Below, in pieces: positions 11,670 to 26,584 of a DNA stretch of 64,000 bases. Source of the DNA: the human T2T-CHM13v2.0 reference genome, Homo sapiens. Under the pieces are notes generated by a model. The model ran no database searches and had not been told where the DNA came from. It saw only the letters and a list, made by a program, of their open reading frames with translations. Within the stretch, counting starts at the first letter, position 1. Every line of letters starts with the position of its first letter. Location of the stretch: the NCBI RefSeq assembly GCF_009914755.1, contig NC_060928.1. The stretch is one strand, 5' to 3'. The position numbers and the translations under genes were made by a program.

Positions 11670-13465
11670 TATAGGAATTAGGGGCTTAATGAATTAAGAC
11701 GAAATGGTAATATCTCAGGTTTTCCTTATAAAGTTGACATTACCTAGGATACTAGAAGTTCTCAGGGTACGGAAGAGGCAAATCTTCCAAAACTGAGAAG
11801 TACTTTCTAGAATAGGAAGGCAGAGACATTCAGTGTAATCTTCCTAGATAACATGGCTCTCATCTATAACAGTTTCTACTCTATAAAGGTAGGCAGATGG
11901 TATTTTTAAGTAGGTTGGAGAAGGAGAATGCTGAAATGATTTTCCAAATCTAAAAAGAGGGTAAAGAAGCATATCCAGAATAATGAAAACACTGCTAAGG
12001 CAGTGGTCTCAGGAATGACTGGCTTCTATTCAGACTAGGAGGCACAGAAGTATTTTACGAAAGACATTTAAAATAAAGGTGATTTTTTAAAACACAGAAT
12101 GTAGATTTCATATTGCAGAATGGCACATTTAGCAAGGAAGGAAAAGAAAACTATTTGGATCAGAGAATTAGTGCTAAAATGGAGGTGGAGGGAAGAGATT
12201 AAATATTCATTAGTGACCAAAAACAACAAGAAAGGAGACAAGATGGGCCTTCACAATTTCTAAAGTATTAGTGCTCAAATTCCATTTTGAATTCACTGGG
12301 CTTCTAAGGCACTCAGTGTTTTGGCAGGAGCACCTGAGTCTGAAACAAGGTTAGTGGATGTAAGATAACAAGCGTCCCCTAAAAAGTTTCAATTCATTTT
12401 GCTGCTAAAGAAATCCAACCATTCATAATAATAAGCAGCTGAAATAATTAGCTGTATTTCCTTTTGTCAAAGTCATTTTTAATTGTAAAAAGTATCATTT
12501 AGATAAGAGGTTTTCAGGGAGATGGGATGCAGTGGAAGTTTGGTGAGGACTCCACTGAATTAAATAAAGTGAAAAAATATTTTTTTTCTTTTTCTAGTTG
12601 CTGAAATATAGACATTTTAAGGGTCCTTTTGTGAAATACTAACAGCCACTGAATCAGGTTGAATAACTTAGAAATGATGACCTCTTTATAAGGAGGTAAC
12701 TGAAACAGGAGAATCTCTGTGTTAAAATTTTCTCTTTGAAGATAACTCTTTTGTCCTAGGTCTTTGTTATTCTTTTTTTTCAGTTGGAAATACTAAAGTA
12801 GTGCTTTCTTCATAAAATAAAATTTTAGAGGTCTTACAAATAATTGGTAGCATGATGTCTTGAAAAATGGATCTTCAATTTTTATTTTCATTGGGAAAGA
12901 AATTATAAATATATACTGCTCTGGAGTCTGATTGGAGGATAAAAAATGAAATGTTTTATACTGACAAATAAGACTGCAAATGACACCACTCAGAGTAGTA
13001 AAAACTTGCACTTGTACTTATAAATGGAATTATACTATATATTATATATATACTTATTCCTATATTTAATATATAGTATATATATAGTCTGACATTTGGA
13101 GGGTGAGAAGCTAGTTGACATCATCTTCAAGCTCTGAGACTCTTGTGTATATAAAAATATGGAGAACTAATTGAAAGTTCCCATGAAGAATAATGCCTCT
13201 AGAAGAAATCTAGTTTTGATCTATACAAGGTAAGAAATCATTTTATTAAAAGCCCTGAAATACAGAAAGACAGTGAGTCCTGAAGATTTACATTTTCTTG
13301 GAAATTGATAGACCTGGGAACATCGTTCTGCCACCTCTATCAGGTCAGGTGATAGAAGCGTAGTTTAGATGTAAAAATCCATTTGCATGTTAAGAAAAGA
13401 GACTATGTAATTAAAATGAAATATGGTAATGTTGGGAACATAGTCTCCACATAAGAGTACAATAT

Positions 13466-15726
13466 TGTATTAGTCCTTTCTCATGCTGCTACGAAGAAAA
13501 TACCCAAGATTAGGTAATTTATTAAAAAAAAGAGGTGTAATTGATTCACACTTCCACATGACTGGAGAAGGACTCTGGAAACTTACATTCATGGTGGAAA
13601 GGGAAGCAAAAATGTCCATCTTCACATGGCAACAAGAGAGAGAATTGCAAAGCATTGGGAGCAATGCCCTTCCTAAAATCATCAGATCTTATGAGAACTT
13701 ACTCACTATCATGAGAATATCATGGGGGAACTGTCCTTCTGATTCAATTATCTCCACCTGGTCCCGTCCTTGACACATGGGGATTATTACAATTCAAGGT
13801 AATATTTGGGTGGGGACACTTAACCAAACCATATCATTCCAACCCTGGCACCTCCCAAATCTCATGTCCTCACATTTAAAAACAAAATATTGCCTTTTCA
13901 ACAGTCTCCCAAAGTCTTAACTCATTCCAGCATTAACTCAAAAATCGAAGTCCAAAGTCTCATCCAAGACAAGGCAAGTCCCTTTCATCTATGAGCCTGT
14001 AAAATCAAAAGAAAGTTAGTTACTTCCTAGATGAAATGGGATAAGGCATTGGTTAAATGCACCCATTTAAAATGGGAGAAATTGGCCAAAATGAAGGGGC
14101 TACAGACCCCATGCAACTCTGAAATCCAACGGGGCAGTCAAATTTTAAAGATCCAGAATGATTTCCTTTGACTCCATGTCTCACATTCAGGTCACTCTGA
14201 TTCAAGAAGTGGGTTCCCATGGCCTTGGGAAGCTACACCCCTGTGGCTTTGAAGGGTACAGCCCCCTCCCGGCTGTTTTCACAGCTAGAGTTGAGTGTCT
14301 GCAGCTTTTCCAGGTGCACAGTGAAAGCTGTCAGTGGATCTACCACTCTGGGGTCTCAGGATGATGGCCCTCTTCTCACAACTTCACTAGGCAGTGCCCC
14401 AGTGGAGACTCGATGTTGGTGCTCCAACCCCACATTTCCCGTCTGCACTGCCCAAGCAGAGGTTCCCCATGAGGGCTTCACCTCTGTAGCAGACTTCTGC
14501 CTGGACATCCAGATGTTTTCATACATCCTCTGAAATGTAGGCAGAGGTTTTCTTGTCTTAATTCTTGTCTTCTGTGTACCACAGTACCACATGGAAGCTG
14601 CTAAGGCTTGGGGTTTGCACCCTCTGAAGCCATGGCCTGAGCTGTACCTTGGCCCCTTTTAGCCATGGCTGGAGTGGCTTGGACATTGTCCTGAGGCTGC
14701 ACACACCAAGGGCCAGTGGGCCCTGGACCCAGCTCAGAAAGCCTTTTTTCCCTCCTAGGCCTCCAGGTCTGTGATAGAAGGAAATGCCTTGAAGGTCTCT
14801 GACATGCCCTGGAGACATTTTCCCCATTGTTTTGGGGATTAATATTTGGCTCATTCTTATTTATGATAATTTCTACCACAGGCTGAAATTTCTTACCAGA
14901 AAATGGATTTTTCTTTCTATCACATTGCCAGGCTGCAAATTTTCCAAACTTTTATGCTTTGCTTCCTCTTGAATGCCTTGCCACTTAGAAATTCCTTTCC
15001 CCACATACCCTAAATCATCTCTCTCAAGTTCAAAGTTCCACAGATCTCTAGGGAAGGGTCAAAATGTCACCAGTCTCTTTGCTAAAGCATAGCAAGAGCC
15101 ACCTTTGCTCCAGTTCCCAACAAGTTCCTCATCTCCCTCTGAGACCACCTCAGCTTGGACTTCATTGTCCATATAACTATCAGCATTTTGATCAAAGCCA
15201 TTCAATAAGTCTCTAGGAAGTTCCAAAAGTTCCCACATTTTCCTGTCTTTTTCTGAGTCCTCTAAACTGTTCCATCCTCTGCCTGTTAACTAGTTCCTAA
15301 GTTGCTTCCACGTTTTCAGGTATCATCTGTATAACCCCGCCCCACTCCCTTGGTACCAATTCACTATATTAGTCCCTTCTTACGCTGCTACAAAGAAAAT
15401 ACCCAAGACTGGGTAATTTACAAAGGAAAGAGGTTTAATTGACTCATAGTTCCACATGGCTGGGAAGGCCTCAAGAAACTTACAATCATGGTGGAAGAGG
15501 AAGCAAACACCTCTTTCTTCACAAGGTGGCAGAAGCGAGAAGTGCCAAGCAAAGGGGGAAAAGACCCTTATAAAACTATCAGATCTCATGAGAACTCACT
15601 CACTCTTATGAGAACATCATGGGGGAAGCGCCCCCATAATTCTCCACCTGGTTCCACCCTTGACATGTGGGGATTATTACAATTCAAGGTGAGATTTGAG
15701 TGGAGACACAGAGCCAAACCATGTCA
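13466..15726 (-). mobile_element. Full-length THE1 (THE1C/D-like) MaLR element: LTR 13466-13836, internal 13837-15364, LTR 15365-15726
   Basis: Two homologous ~365-bp LTRs around a typical ~1.5 kb THE1 internal region. Perfect 5-bp TSD AATAT (13461-13465 / 15727-15731). Confidence 0.96.
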
Positions 15727-16105
15727 AATATTCTTACCAGAGAACAAGAACTAGGAATGGTGATTAAAGGGGTTCATTCTCCCCACTGATCTTTGAAGAT
15801 CTCTGAGTATAGAACAGAATTTAGTCTTACCAGCAAAGGTGAAGGTTATTAACCATAGCAGGGTCTATATTTACAGTACGCAAAATTATCTGAATTTACC
15901 AGATATTCTTTTGGACACCAGGTTACTTACTTTGTAGCACCAGAAGCATCTTCTACGAAGGGGTTACTCATAACTTTTGGCTCCATCATCGACGCATACA
16001 TGACTAAGGAGCCTTTGGACAAACATATGCATGGGGATGGTTTAGGATTGTTACTGGCAAAATGACATAGAAAAATGTCATTCTCTTAATGGGAAATAAA
16101 ATGAC

Positions 16106-16187
16106 TTATGCCCTTTGACTGTAACATTAAAAACAATAAGACTTTTTTATGCCCTTTGACTGTAACATTAAAAACAATAAGACTTTT
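16106..16187. repeat. Perfect 41-bp tandem duplication
   Basis: TTATGCCCTTTGACTGTAACATTAAAAACAATAAGACTTTT twice, with no mismatch. Confidence 0.97.
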
Positions 16188-19100
16188 CCTGTGTTGCAAC
16201 CTTCTCACAAGGAGACAATTATTATATATGATTTTGAACAGTTTTTAACAATTTATGAAGATATTAGTGATATAAAATTTAGTAAAAAATAAGAGATAAT
16301 TGTATTTTTAATATATTACCAAAGTTTTTGAAATTTTTTGTTTACAAGCAAAGATAAGGGATAGAGGCAAATGCATAATATAATGATAGTATATAACTCT
16401 GGAAAAATGTACTAACCTCTACTTTCATAAATACCTTTGTAAATGTAACTCAAAATGTCTGAAAAATGTGAGATTATTTCTCCCAGCTTATGTGTTTTTC
16501 TAATTTTTAAAATATCCCCAACAATACCTTTTTACCAGAACTTGCAAATAAATGAATCTCTATTATTAGAAAGATAAAACTGAAGTACTTTAAATTGCAG
16601 AGGTTCACAGAACAAAATATATAAAAAAAGACAAATGCAAAATAACACTTTCAACACTGCCCTCTAAAGAAAGGCCAGTGTTTCTGAAATAAAATTTCTA
16701 AATTTAAAACATATTCTCCATATTCAGAATTTTGCATGTGATTAAAATGAAAAAGAAATCTAAAGAGAACAAAACATGAAGTAAAATGTGGACATTTGAG
16801 CAATTATCAGAGGAGACAAAAGGCCTTGAACCTAAGAACATTTTCTCAAAAGTAATTTTTCATCTGTTAGATATCAAAAGAATCCAGGCTCATTCCATGT
16901 AATGCAAGACTGCAGAATCCTCCTTTAAAAGCTATTCCAATATGGAAATAATTCTTTATATTTTATAGCTTATGAAGTCTTTCATGTAAGAATCTCAAAA
17001 AGGAAATGAAATAAGTGTAATAATTGAATTTTTTGAATATTAATGACTTCAAGAAAGATGGAAGCAATTAAAAAGAAATAGAACTCTACTATAATGAAAG
17101 CTACTTTTTAATGTCATACATAAGGTTAGTTGGATAGTTACAGAAAAGTGATAGCTGATACTTATTATTTTGTTTCTGAGTTTCTTTCTAAGCAGTATAA
17201 TTACGCTACACGAGCAGGGTGGATATGTCTCAAAAGGAAGCATGTGTTTTACTCCAGCAGGAAGCTGTCTCTTTCATTTTTATCAGAACACTTCTATTCA
17301 TGAACTGTTTCCATATTAAAACATATAGCCACTGCATTGAGGGCTGTTTACAACTCAAGGCCTCAAACAGGAAAAAAAAAAATTCTAAATCTTAAAATGC
17401 TGAACTACTCTTTACAGTCAAGGCCACTACTCCATAGTAACATAGTGGCCTGTGAGATATGATTTACATGCCTCTAAAAGTCCCATCTGCTCCAAAATGA
17501 TAGCCATATATTTAAAACAGTTTCTTAGATGGCCATCTTTATTTAACCCCCTTTGTCAAGCAGGGCCTCCACTATGCTATTTAGAGTCTATTCAAATTGC
17601 AAAACAAGCAGCAGTTTTAAGCATATTTATATAAAATAACCCTCCATCCAGGCTGGCTCAGCCTCAAAACAGAGCAAAGGGTTGGCCAAGCCAAAAAAGC
17701 TAGATTTTACTACTGTCTTGGCTGGATGCCATTGTGCACTGCAAGTACACCGAAGTACCTACAGCACCCTGGTTACACTATGGATAAGACATCTTTGTAA
17801 AAAAGTCGTATTAAAATTAAAAATTTTGTTACCTCAGAATGCATAACATGTATGTCTTAAGTCATACTAGGGCTTAAGTAAAATCAGTATCATTTTAAAC
17901 TTTAATTGCATTCCTAAAGTTATTATTTTTAAAATACATTATTGCTTACTCCTCCATTGTTCATGGAAGAGACAGAGATTGTTCGAAGTCCCCAAAGGAA
18001 AAGTAGAGAAATAATTTTTTTTCTCTACATTTGAGAAGAACTGAGGTACATAATCAAATTTGGGGGAATAAACTTCATAATGTGTAGTTCAACCCTTGGC
18101 ATTTATCTCTGAATCTTTCAGGGCCACATATCCCCAGCACGTGTGTATTTTTTTTCCTCTTGAATTAATTAAGCTCCCTATCCCTCTGGGCAGGCAAAGT
18201 TTTCCAACAGTTCTGCCTCTTACTGGGTAGAATAATGTAATTTAGGAAGGCAAAATGTGAGGGAGATATATAGTAGTAAACTTTTGACTATGGATTTATG
18301 CCATGTTTTCTAATTATTTTATCACTAGAACTTTGACTCTTGTCTTATTTATGAATTGATTCAGAAGTTGAAGTTAAGTGGGAAATATAAGATAATATTT
18401 TTATACATGATCTAATCTCCAATAATATTTCTGAACAGTAACCACTAGTGTTGCTTTCTCTAATAATAAACTTTTAAAAAATATTTTGTTTTATATCAAA
18501 GAAATTATTTGGGTATTGCTAATATCACAGTGTTAATTACTTTGTAGTTTTTATATTTTCAATATCAATTTGTGAAAAAAATACTGGATTTGCTCTTCTA
18601 AAACAAGTATAAAATTATTTGTACAACATATTGTAAGCAGCTGTTAATTGGGGGAATTCAATTCTACTGATTTTCCTACAGTTAAATGCAAAAGAAGACG
18701 ATTTAGAGTATTAAATGGGAAAATATAACAAATAGAAACAGAAGAGTGAAAGAGATAACCCCCAATTTTCTCCCCATTTTAGAACCTTGCCAAGGCATTC
18801 CTATTCAGTGGCTCATGGGTAAACAGTTCATACTGAAACACCAATTCATTTGAAAGAAAGTGTTGCTAATAATAATATAATTAGAATGGAATGTCCAATA
18901 ATGCTATTACCTCCAGATGCTATCTATTTTCAAAAGAAAACAAACACATGAGGTAAGGTTAGAAAAGCTATATCACAGAAAGGCACGATGTAGATTTCTG
19001 CTCTGTCAAAACAGAATGAAATAAAACTAAATGAGCTTTACAAAAGACAGTCCGTCCAGACCATACTTGGTTTTAATGAGAAGAGAGAAATTCATTCAAT

Positions 19101-19422
19101 AAATTTATCAAGTCCAGCACAATTTATTAATAGTTTACACAGTTTTTAGTCTGATAATTGAAATATGGCCACAAATTACCAAAGAGAAGGTAAATGAAGT
19201 CTAAGCAGACAACTGAAAGAAAATGTATTGGTGCCCATTTGAAGAGATTCTCTGCACACTAGACCTTCTCACCCAGAGAAAGATAAGTACTTCTTAATTT
19301 CAAATGAATCACTGAACAGAGGAAGATCAATTTAAAATGTAGCTTCAAGAGAAGTTAAAGGGAAAAAAGTGTATGATTCTCCTGGAATTCCAGACAGATT
19401 AGATGACTTTAATTCAAAGTGA

Positions 19423-20150
<728 letters not shown>

Positions 20151-20265
20151 AACAAATACTTTATTTTCTATCCTACTATTTAAAAAAGTAAGTTACATAT
20201 CTGTGTACAAACATATAGTACACATTTGTATAACCATATCTATATATTTTCTAATGAAATAATGA

Positions 20266-20606
<341 letters not shown>

Positions 20607-22644
20607 AACATGTTTTTGTTTTTGTTTTTTAAAAAAACAAACAAACAAACTACCTATACTCAATGTGGAGGATTCATAAACTAGTCACGAACTACTTGAT
20701 GAAAATTGGGAAGCAAATGATAATCCAAATACATGAAAGCTAGTAATAATGTTTCATCAAAATAAAACATAATTCAAGAACATTAATATAAAAATAAAAC
20801 TAGAAGCTCTATATTCAGAACTTTCAAAAATGATCACAACTCAGACAATGCAAGAAAATATTTAGAATACAAAAAAATCAAGGTCAAATGCTAATAAAAG
20901 GTAATTAAAACAGCCATATACCACAATATAAGAGAATTTTGGAAGAAATTACTTAAATCACAGTTTTAGTTTCTTCATATACAATACTATACATGCATTT
21001 AGGAGTTGTAAAGGTTAAATGGCATAACTTGTCTAACAAGTCCTCTGTAAGTGATGAGGGAATGCCAAACTGAACGGAACCATAAACCTGATTCCCTTCC
21101 CAAATTACAGAAAGAAATTTCTATCACAGTGAATCACAACAATAAATGCCGTAAGTGGATTTTAATGTTATTTACCAAATAGTATTTTACGCATGTCTTA
21201 ATGATAAATCTAAACAGTAGTTTGTGTTCTACAGTTCTTATCTCTAGCAGCAGGCATTTAAGAGGAAGTAATATTTGAGTACATCCAGAACAGTAAGCTG
21301 ATCTGATACATTTTTTTTATTTTTTAAACTTAAATTTAGCATTTTACAACTGCTTTATTAGAGGGTTAAATTAAATATGAACACATATTTGAAATGAAAT
21401 GGTCACCTTATAATAAGCATTTATTTTTAAATCCCCCTTTCATCATATATTATAAAAGTCTTATGTGTTGTATTTTCAAATGTTGTATTTTAAATGTAGC
21501 AAATGAATTCACCCTTTTAAGATATATTGAAGGATAACTCTGGCATACAGTCCATCCTAATTTAAACTACAAGTGGATATAAAAGTTAAATATTTGTGAA
21601 TGGAGTTCTAAATCTTCAGGCTCAGTTCAACTATTCATTTGATAACTACTGATGCTTTTTAAAAAAATACTCAGCACTGTCACGGAGAAAACTGCAGTTA
21701 AGAGATGATACAGTTTAAAAACATAGAAACATTCCAAAAGTCATGAATATAGCTAGAAAAAATGATGCTTGAAACATTTTCATTTATTTCAAGGTTTTTA
21801 AATGAAAGCATAGAAGCACAATCCCCCTAAGGAATGTGTTTAAACCACATAGTCTGAATCATTTCAATTCCCATAAGGTCTATTTCTTGAATGGTTTTTA
21901 CATGTAAGCAGAACAACCTTCTGCAATTGACTTCAAATATGTTTCTGTATACTTTATAGGAACAAAGATGAGAAAAAAAATGTTACAGCTCATGAATACT
22001 GGTGACTGGAATACACATAAAGTTACTTTTAAAGACTGTCTACAAAGTACAGCATGAATTGCTAATTTGGCAACCCTCTAGTCAATGTAATCAAAAACAA
22101 AGACAAAATTCAGAATAAAATGCCAGCTCAGAAATTTGTGTGTGGTAATTGCCAAGCTGCTTCTTGACCTTGCAAAACACAAATCATCTCTCAGATTAAA
22201 TAATTGGAAAATTTATTTCTGGAGCGTCTGCTTTCGGGAAGACGGAGAAGACACTTTCTCCTATGCCTCCCATTAAATACACCACAAACCTGGACATCTT
22301 CTATAAAACAAACATAGCTTTTCAAAGGTGGAGAGAAAAAAGCAGATAGGAAACTTGAGACTCAAATAAATGACATAGCCATAAGTTCCCCAGTTTTCTT
22401 TTTGCCTCCTATACCTCAGACTTGGAGCTGAAGGTGCAGCCACCTGGAAATACCAACAGGCACACACAATAAAAACCCCGGAGTAGTCTGCTTTCTCTAG
22501 CCAAAGGAACAGGCAAGGAGCAGCTTAGCAGGACAGAAAAACTTTAAAACACTAAATGCTTTTCTATAGCCAAATGACTCAGACATTTAAAAGACAAAGT
22601 GGAAAGCTAAGCCTTCCGCTCCTGGCAGGTTATAGCAAGGCACC

Positions 22645-23395
22645 AGTGATAGTTAATTTCATGTGTCACCTTAATTGAGTCATAGGGTCCCCAGGCATTT
22701 GGTCAAACATTATTCTGTGTTTCTGGATGAAATTTATATTTAAATCAATAGACTGAGTAAAGTACATTGTTCTTCTCAATGTGGGTGGGCCTCATTCAAT
22801 CGGTTGAAGGCCTAATGGAACAAAAAGGATGACTCTCCCACGAGTAAGAAGGAACTCCTGACTGACTGTCATCAAGCTGGAACATTTGTTTTTCCCTCCC
22901 TTCAGATTTAAACGGAAACATCGGCTCTTCCTAGATCTCAAAGCTGCCTGCCCTCAGACTTGAACTACACCGTCATTGGCTTTCCTGGGTCTCCAGCCTG
23001 CTGGCTGTAAATCTTGAAACTTATACACAGTTGTCTCTTTGTACCCACAGGGGATTTGTTCCAGGAGCCCCATGTATACCCAAATTCCTGCATACTCAAT
23101 GCCCACAGTTGGCCCTATGGATCCTGCATATATGAAAATCGGCCCTGCATATCTGTGGGTTTCATATCCTGCATATACTGTATTTTCTATGTCATTTGTC
23201 TGTGGATGCAGAACATGCAGCTACAGAAGGCCATCTGCATTTGCTGAAAAGAATATGCATGTAAGTGAACCTGTGCAGTTCAAATCAGTGTCGTTCAAGG
23301 GTCCACTGTATGTATCTATTTGTGTATATATATGCATGTATGTATACATGTTCATCCTATTGGTTTTGTTTCTCTGGAGAAATCTGACTAATAAA
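22645..23395 (+). mobile_element. MLT2 (MLT2D-like) ERVL solo LTR interrupted by MER8
   Basis: GTGATAGTTAATTTCATGTGTCA..GGTCAAACATTATTCTG..AATGTGGGTGGGCCTCATTCAATC..ATCCTATTGGTTTTGTTTCTCTGGAGAAATCTGACTAATA. Confidence 0.9.
23028..23308. mobile_element. MER8-like (Tigger2 group) DNA transposon
   Basis: Ends CAGTTGTCTCT.. and ..GTTCAAGGGTCCACTG(TA); GGGGATTTGTTCCAGGAGCCCC. Confidence 0.88.
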
Positions 23396-25029
23396 GCATT
23401 TCTACCTCTCCTTCTTCCAGCAAGGTGGTGTCAGAAAAGGCCAATTAGGGAGTCAGAACATTCATGCACACCAGGCAAATAATGGCCTCCTTCTTTATGG
23501 TGTCTGTCAGTGTCAGATCATGAGGGAGCCTGACTTCTACCATCACCAGATAGTAATCAGTTGTCCCTCCTACTCCCCCTGTGGTGATGTCTCAGAAAAT
23601 CTGCTGGAGAGTCAGGCCTTTCACTACCTCCAGCCAGTAAGTTTTTCTACCACTGTAGTGTCAGTGGAGACCCGTGGGGATTAGTAAGGAGGCCTGATGG
23701 AGGCCCAGTGTGAACCAGAATTCTTACACATGTCCAGCAGTAATGAAAAGCTCTCCCTTGTGTGTGGATCATGAGTGAGGGACCTAGATTTCCACACCCA
23801 TCTGACGACAACAAGGCAGTGCCCCATCTCCACACACATACATTTTGTGTCAGAATGGTTTCATAGAAACTATGAAACTATGGTTTCATAAAAAGCCAGC
23901 TAAAATGAAAGTAAGCTCTTCAGCCTCATAACATAACAACCAAAATGTTTAAGCTTCAATAAGAAACACTTGTTGTATCAAGAACCATAAAGATCTTCAA
24001 CAGAATTTTAAGACAGTCAATAGATGTCAACACCAAGATAACAGAGGTGTTAGAATTATCTGACAAAGATTTTAAAGCAGTTGCCATAAAAATGCTTCAA
24101 AGAAAAATTACAAACACAACTGAAACAAAATAAATATAAAACATCTTAGAAAAGGGTTGACAAAAAAATTCAAAATATAAAGAAGAAACAAATAAAAATG
24201 TTTGACTTAAAAATGCAGCAATTGAACATTTAAAAACTCAACATATGGGCTCAAGAGGATCATGAAGGAGACAGAGGAAAGGATCAGTGAACGTGAATAA
24301 ATGATGATTAAAAATTATCATCTGAAAAAGAGAAAGAAAATAGGCTGAAAAATAAATAAATAAAAAGAGCATCCAGAACCTGTGAGGATATAACTGAACT
24401 GAAAATTCATGTAATTGAAGTAGTGGAAGAGGAGATAGAAGGTGAGAACTAATTTCTTATCAAAACCACTGAAGCCAAAAGGAAATGGCCTACCATTTTT
24501 CAAATGCAGAAGAAAAGAATGCCCAGGCCATTATTTAATATTCAGTATAAACATCATTTATGAATAAAAAAGGAAGTAAAGAAATCTCAAATGTATTGAA
24601 ACTCAGAGAGTTTGTTGCCATCAGAGCCACCTTAAAAGAACAGCTATAATACAAGTTCTCTAAACAGAAAATAAACAGCAAATAAAAGAACCTTGTGGTA
24701 TCAAGATGGAAGAGAGAACACATTAACAAAAAACAAAAAAATAGATAAATACTATAAACTTTTCTTATTTTATCAAGTCTTGTAAATTATGTTTGCAGGT
24801 AAAGAAAAAAAGCTATGAACTGTCTGATGAGGTTCTAAATGTATTTAGAGAAAATATTTATTAAGGGTATTGCATATGGAAGGTCAGGAGACATAAAGGG
24901 AGATAAGCTATCTACAGTTCACTTGAACTAACTGGAAAAATATTGACCCCAGAAGACTATGATAAGTTATGTTTATACAATACAATACCTAGTGCAACAA
25001 TTAACAAAGTTGTGCAAAGAGATACAATG

Positions 25030-25394
25030 TGGTATAAACTGAATGATAGTATTCTTTTGTAATTTCTATGTTGAAATCCTAACCCCCAATGTGATGGTAC
25101 TGGAAGATGAGGAATTTGATAGCATACTAGTTCATGAAGGAAGAGAGCTCTTGTGAATAGGATTTAATGTCCTTATAAAAGAGATCCTGGAGAGCTTCTT
25201 TAGTTCTTGTACCATGAGAGAATATAGGAAGAAGAAAGCCATATATGAATGAGGAAGCAGGCCCTTATTAGAAACCAAATCTTACAGCACCTCAATAGTG
25301 GACTTCCCAGCCTCTAAAACTGTGAGAAATAAATTTCTGTTCCTTATAAGCCACCTTGTCTACTCTATTACAGCAGCCCAGACAGACTAAGCCA
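25030..25394 (+). mobile_element. MLT1A0-like MaLR solo LTR
   Basis: TATGTTGAAATCCTAACCCCCAATGTGATGGTA..GGACTTCCCAGCCTCTAAAACTGTGAGAAATAAATTTCTGTT..CAGACTAAG. Confidence 0.88.
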
Positions 25395-25710
25395 ACTTGA
25401 AAACACGATAGATAAATCAAAATGGAATTTTTAAAATGTTTTCTGTATTTTCCAGAGAGGCAGGAAAAAATAGATAACCAAAAAAAATCAAAAGACAAAA
25501 ACAGAAAACAAATAAGCAAAACAAAACAAAAAACAAGAACCAAAATAATAGACATAATCACTAACATATCAAGAATTATATTAAATATAAATGAACTATA
25601 TACACTAAAACAGAAATTGGCAGAGTAAATTTAAAACCTGACTCAATTGTATGCTGTCTGCAAGAAACTCAACTTAAATACAGTCATGCATTGCTTAGAG
25701 ATAGAGATGC

Positions 25711-26584
<874 letters not shown>

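Noticed and set aside
12575-12800. Two pyrimidine-tract-AG acceptor-like sites
   Set aside because: T-runs followed by AG are frequent in AT-rich DNA, and no convincing donor or reading frame follows.
14158-14879. Cluster of overlapping ORFs on both strands (also 41862-43192)
   Set aside because: Higher-GC THE1 internal and LTR sequence; only broken MaLR ORF remnants.
16106-16187. Direct repeats as a CRISPR-like array
   Set aside because: Only two abutting units, no spacers, no cas genes, and the DNA is primate.
23039-23482. 147-aa ORF with a quasi-repetitive PAY pattern
   Set aside because: It lies on the internally repetitive MER8 element and the MLT2 LTR, which explains the periodicity.
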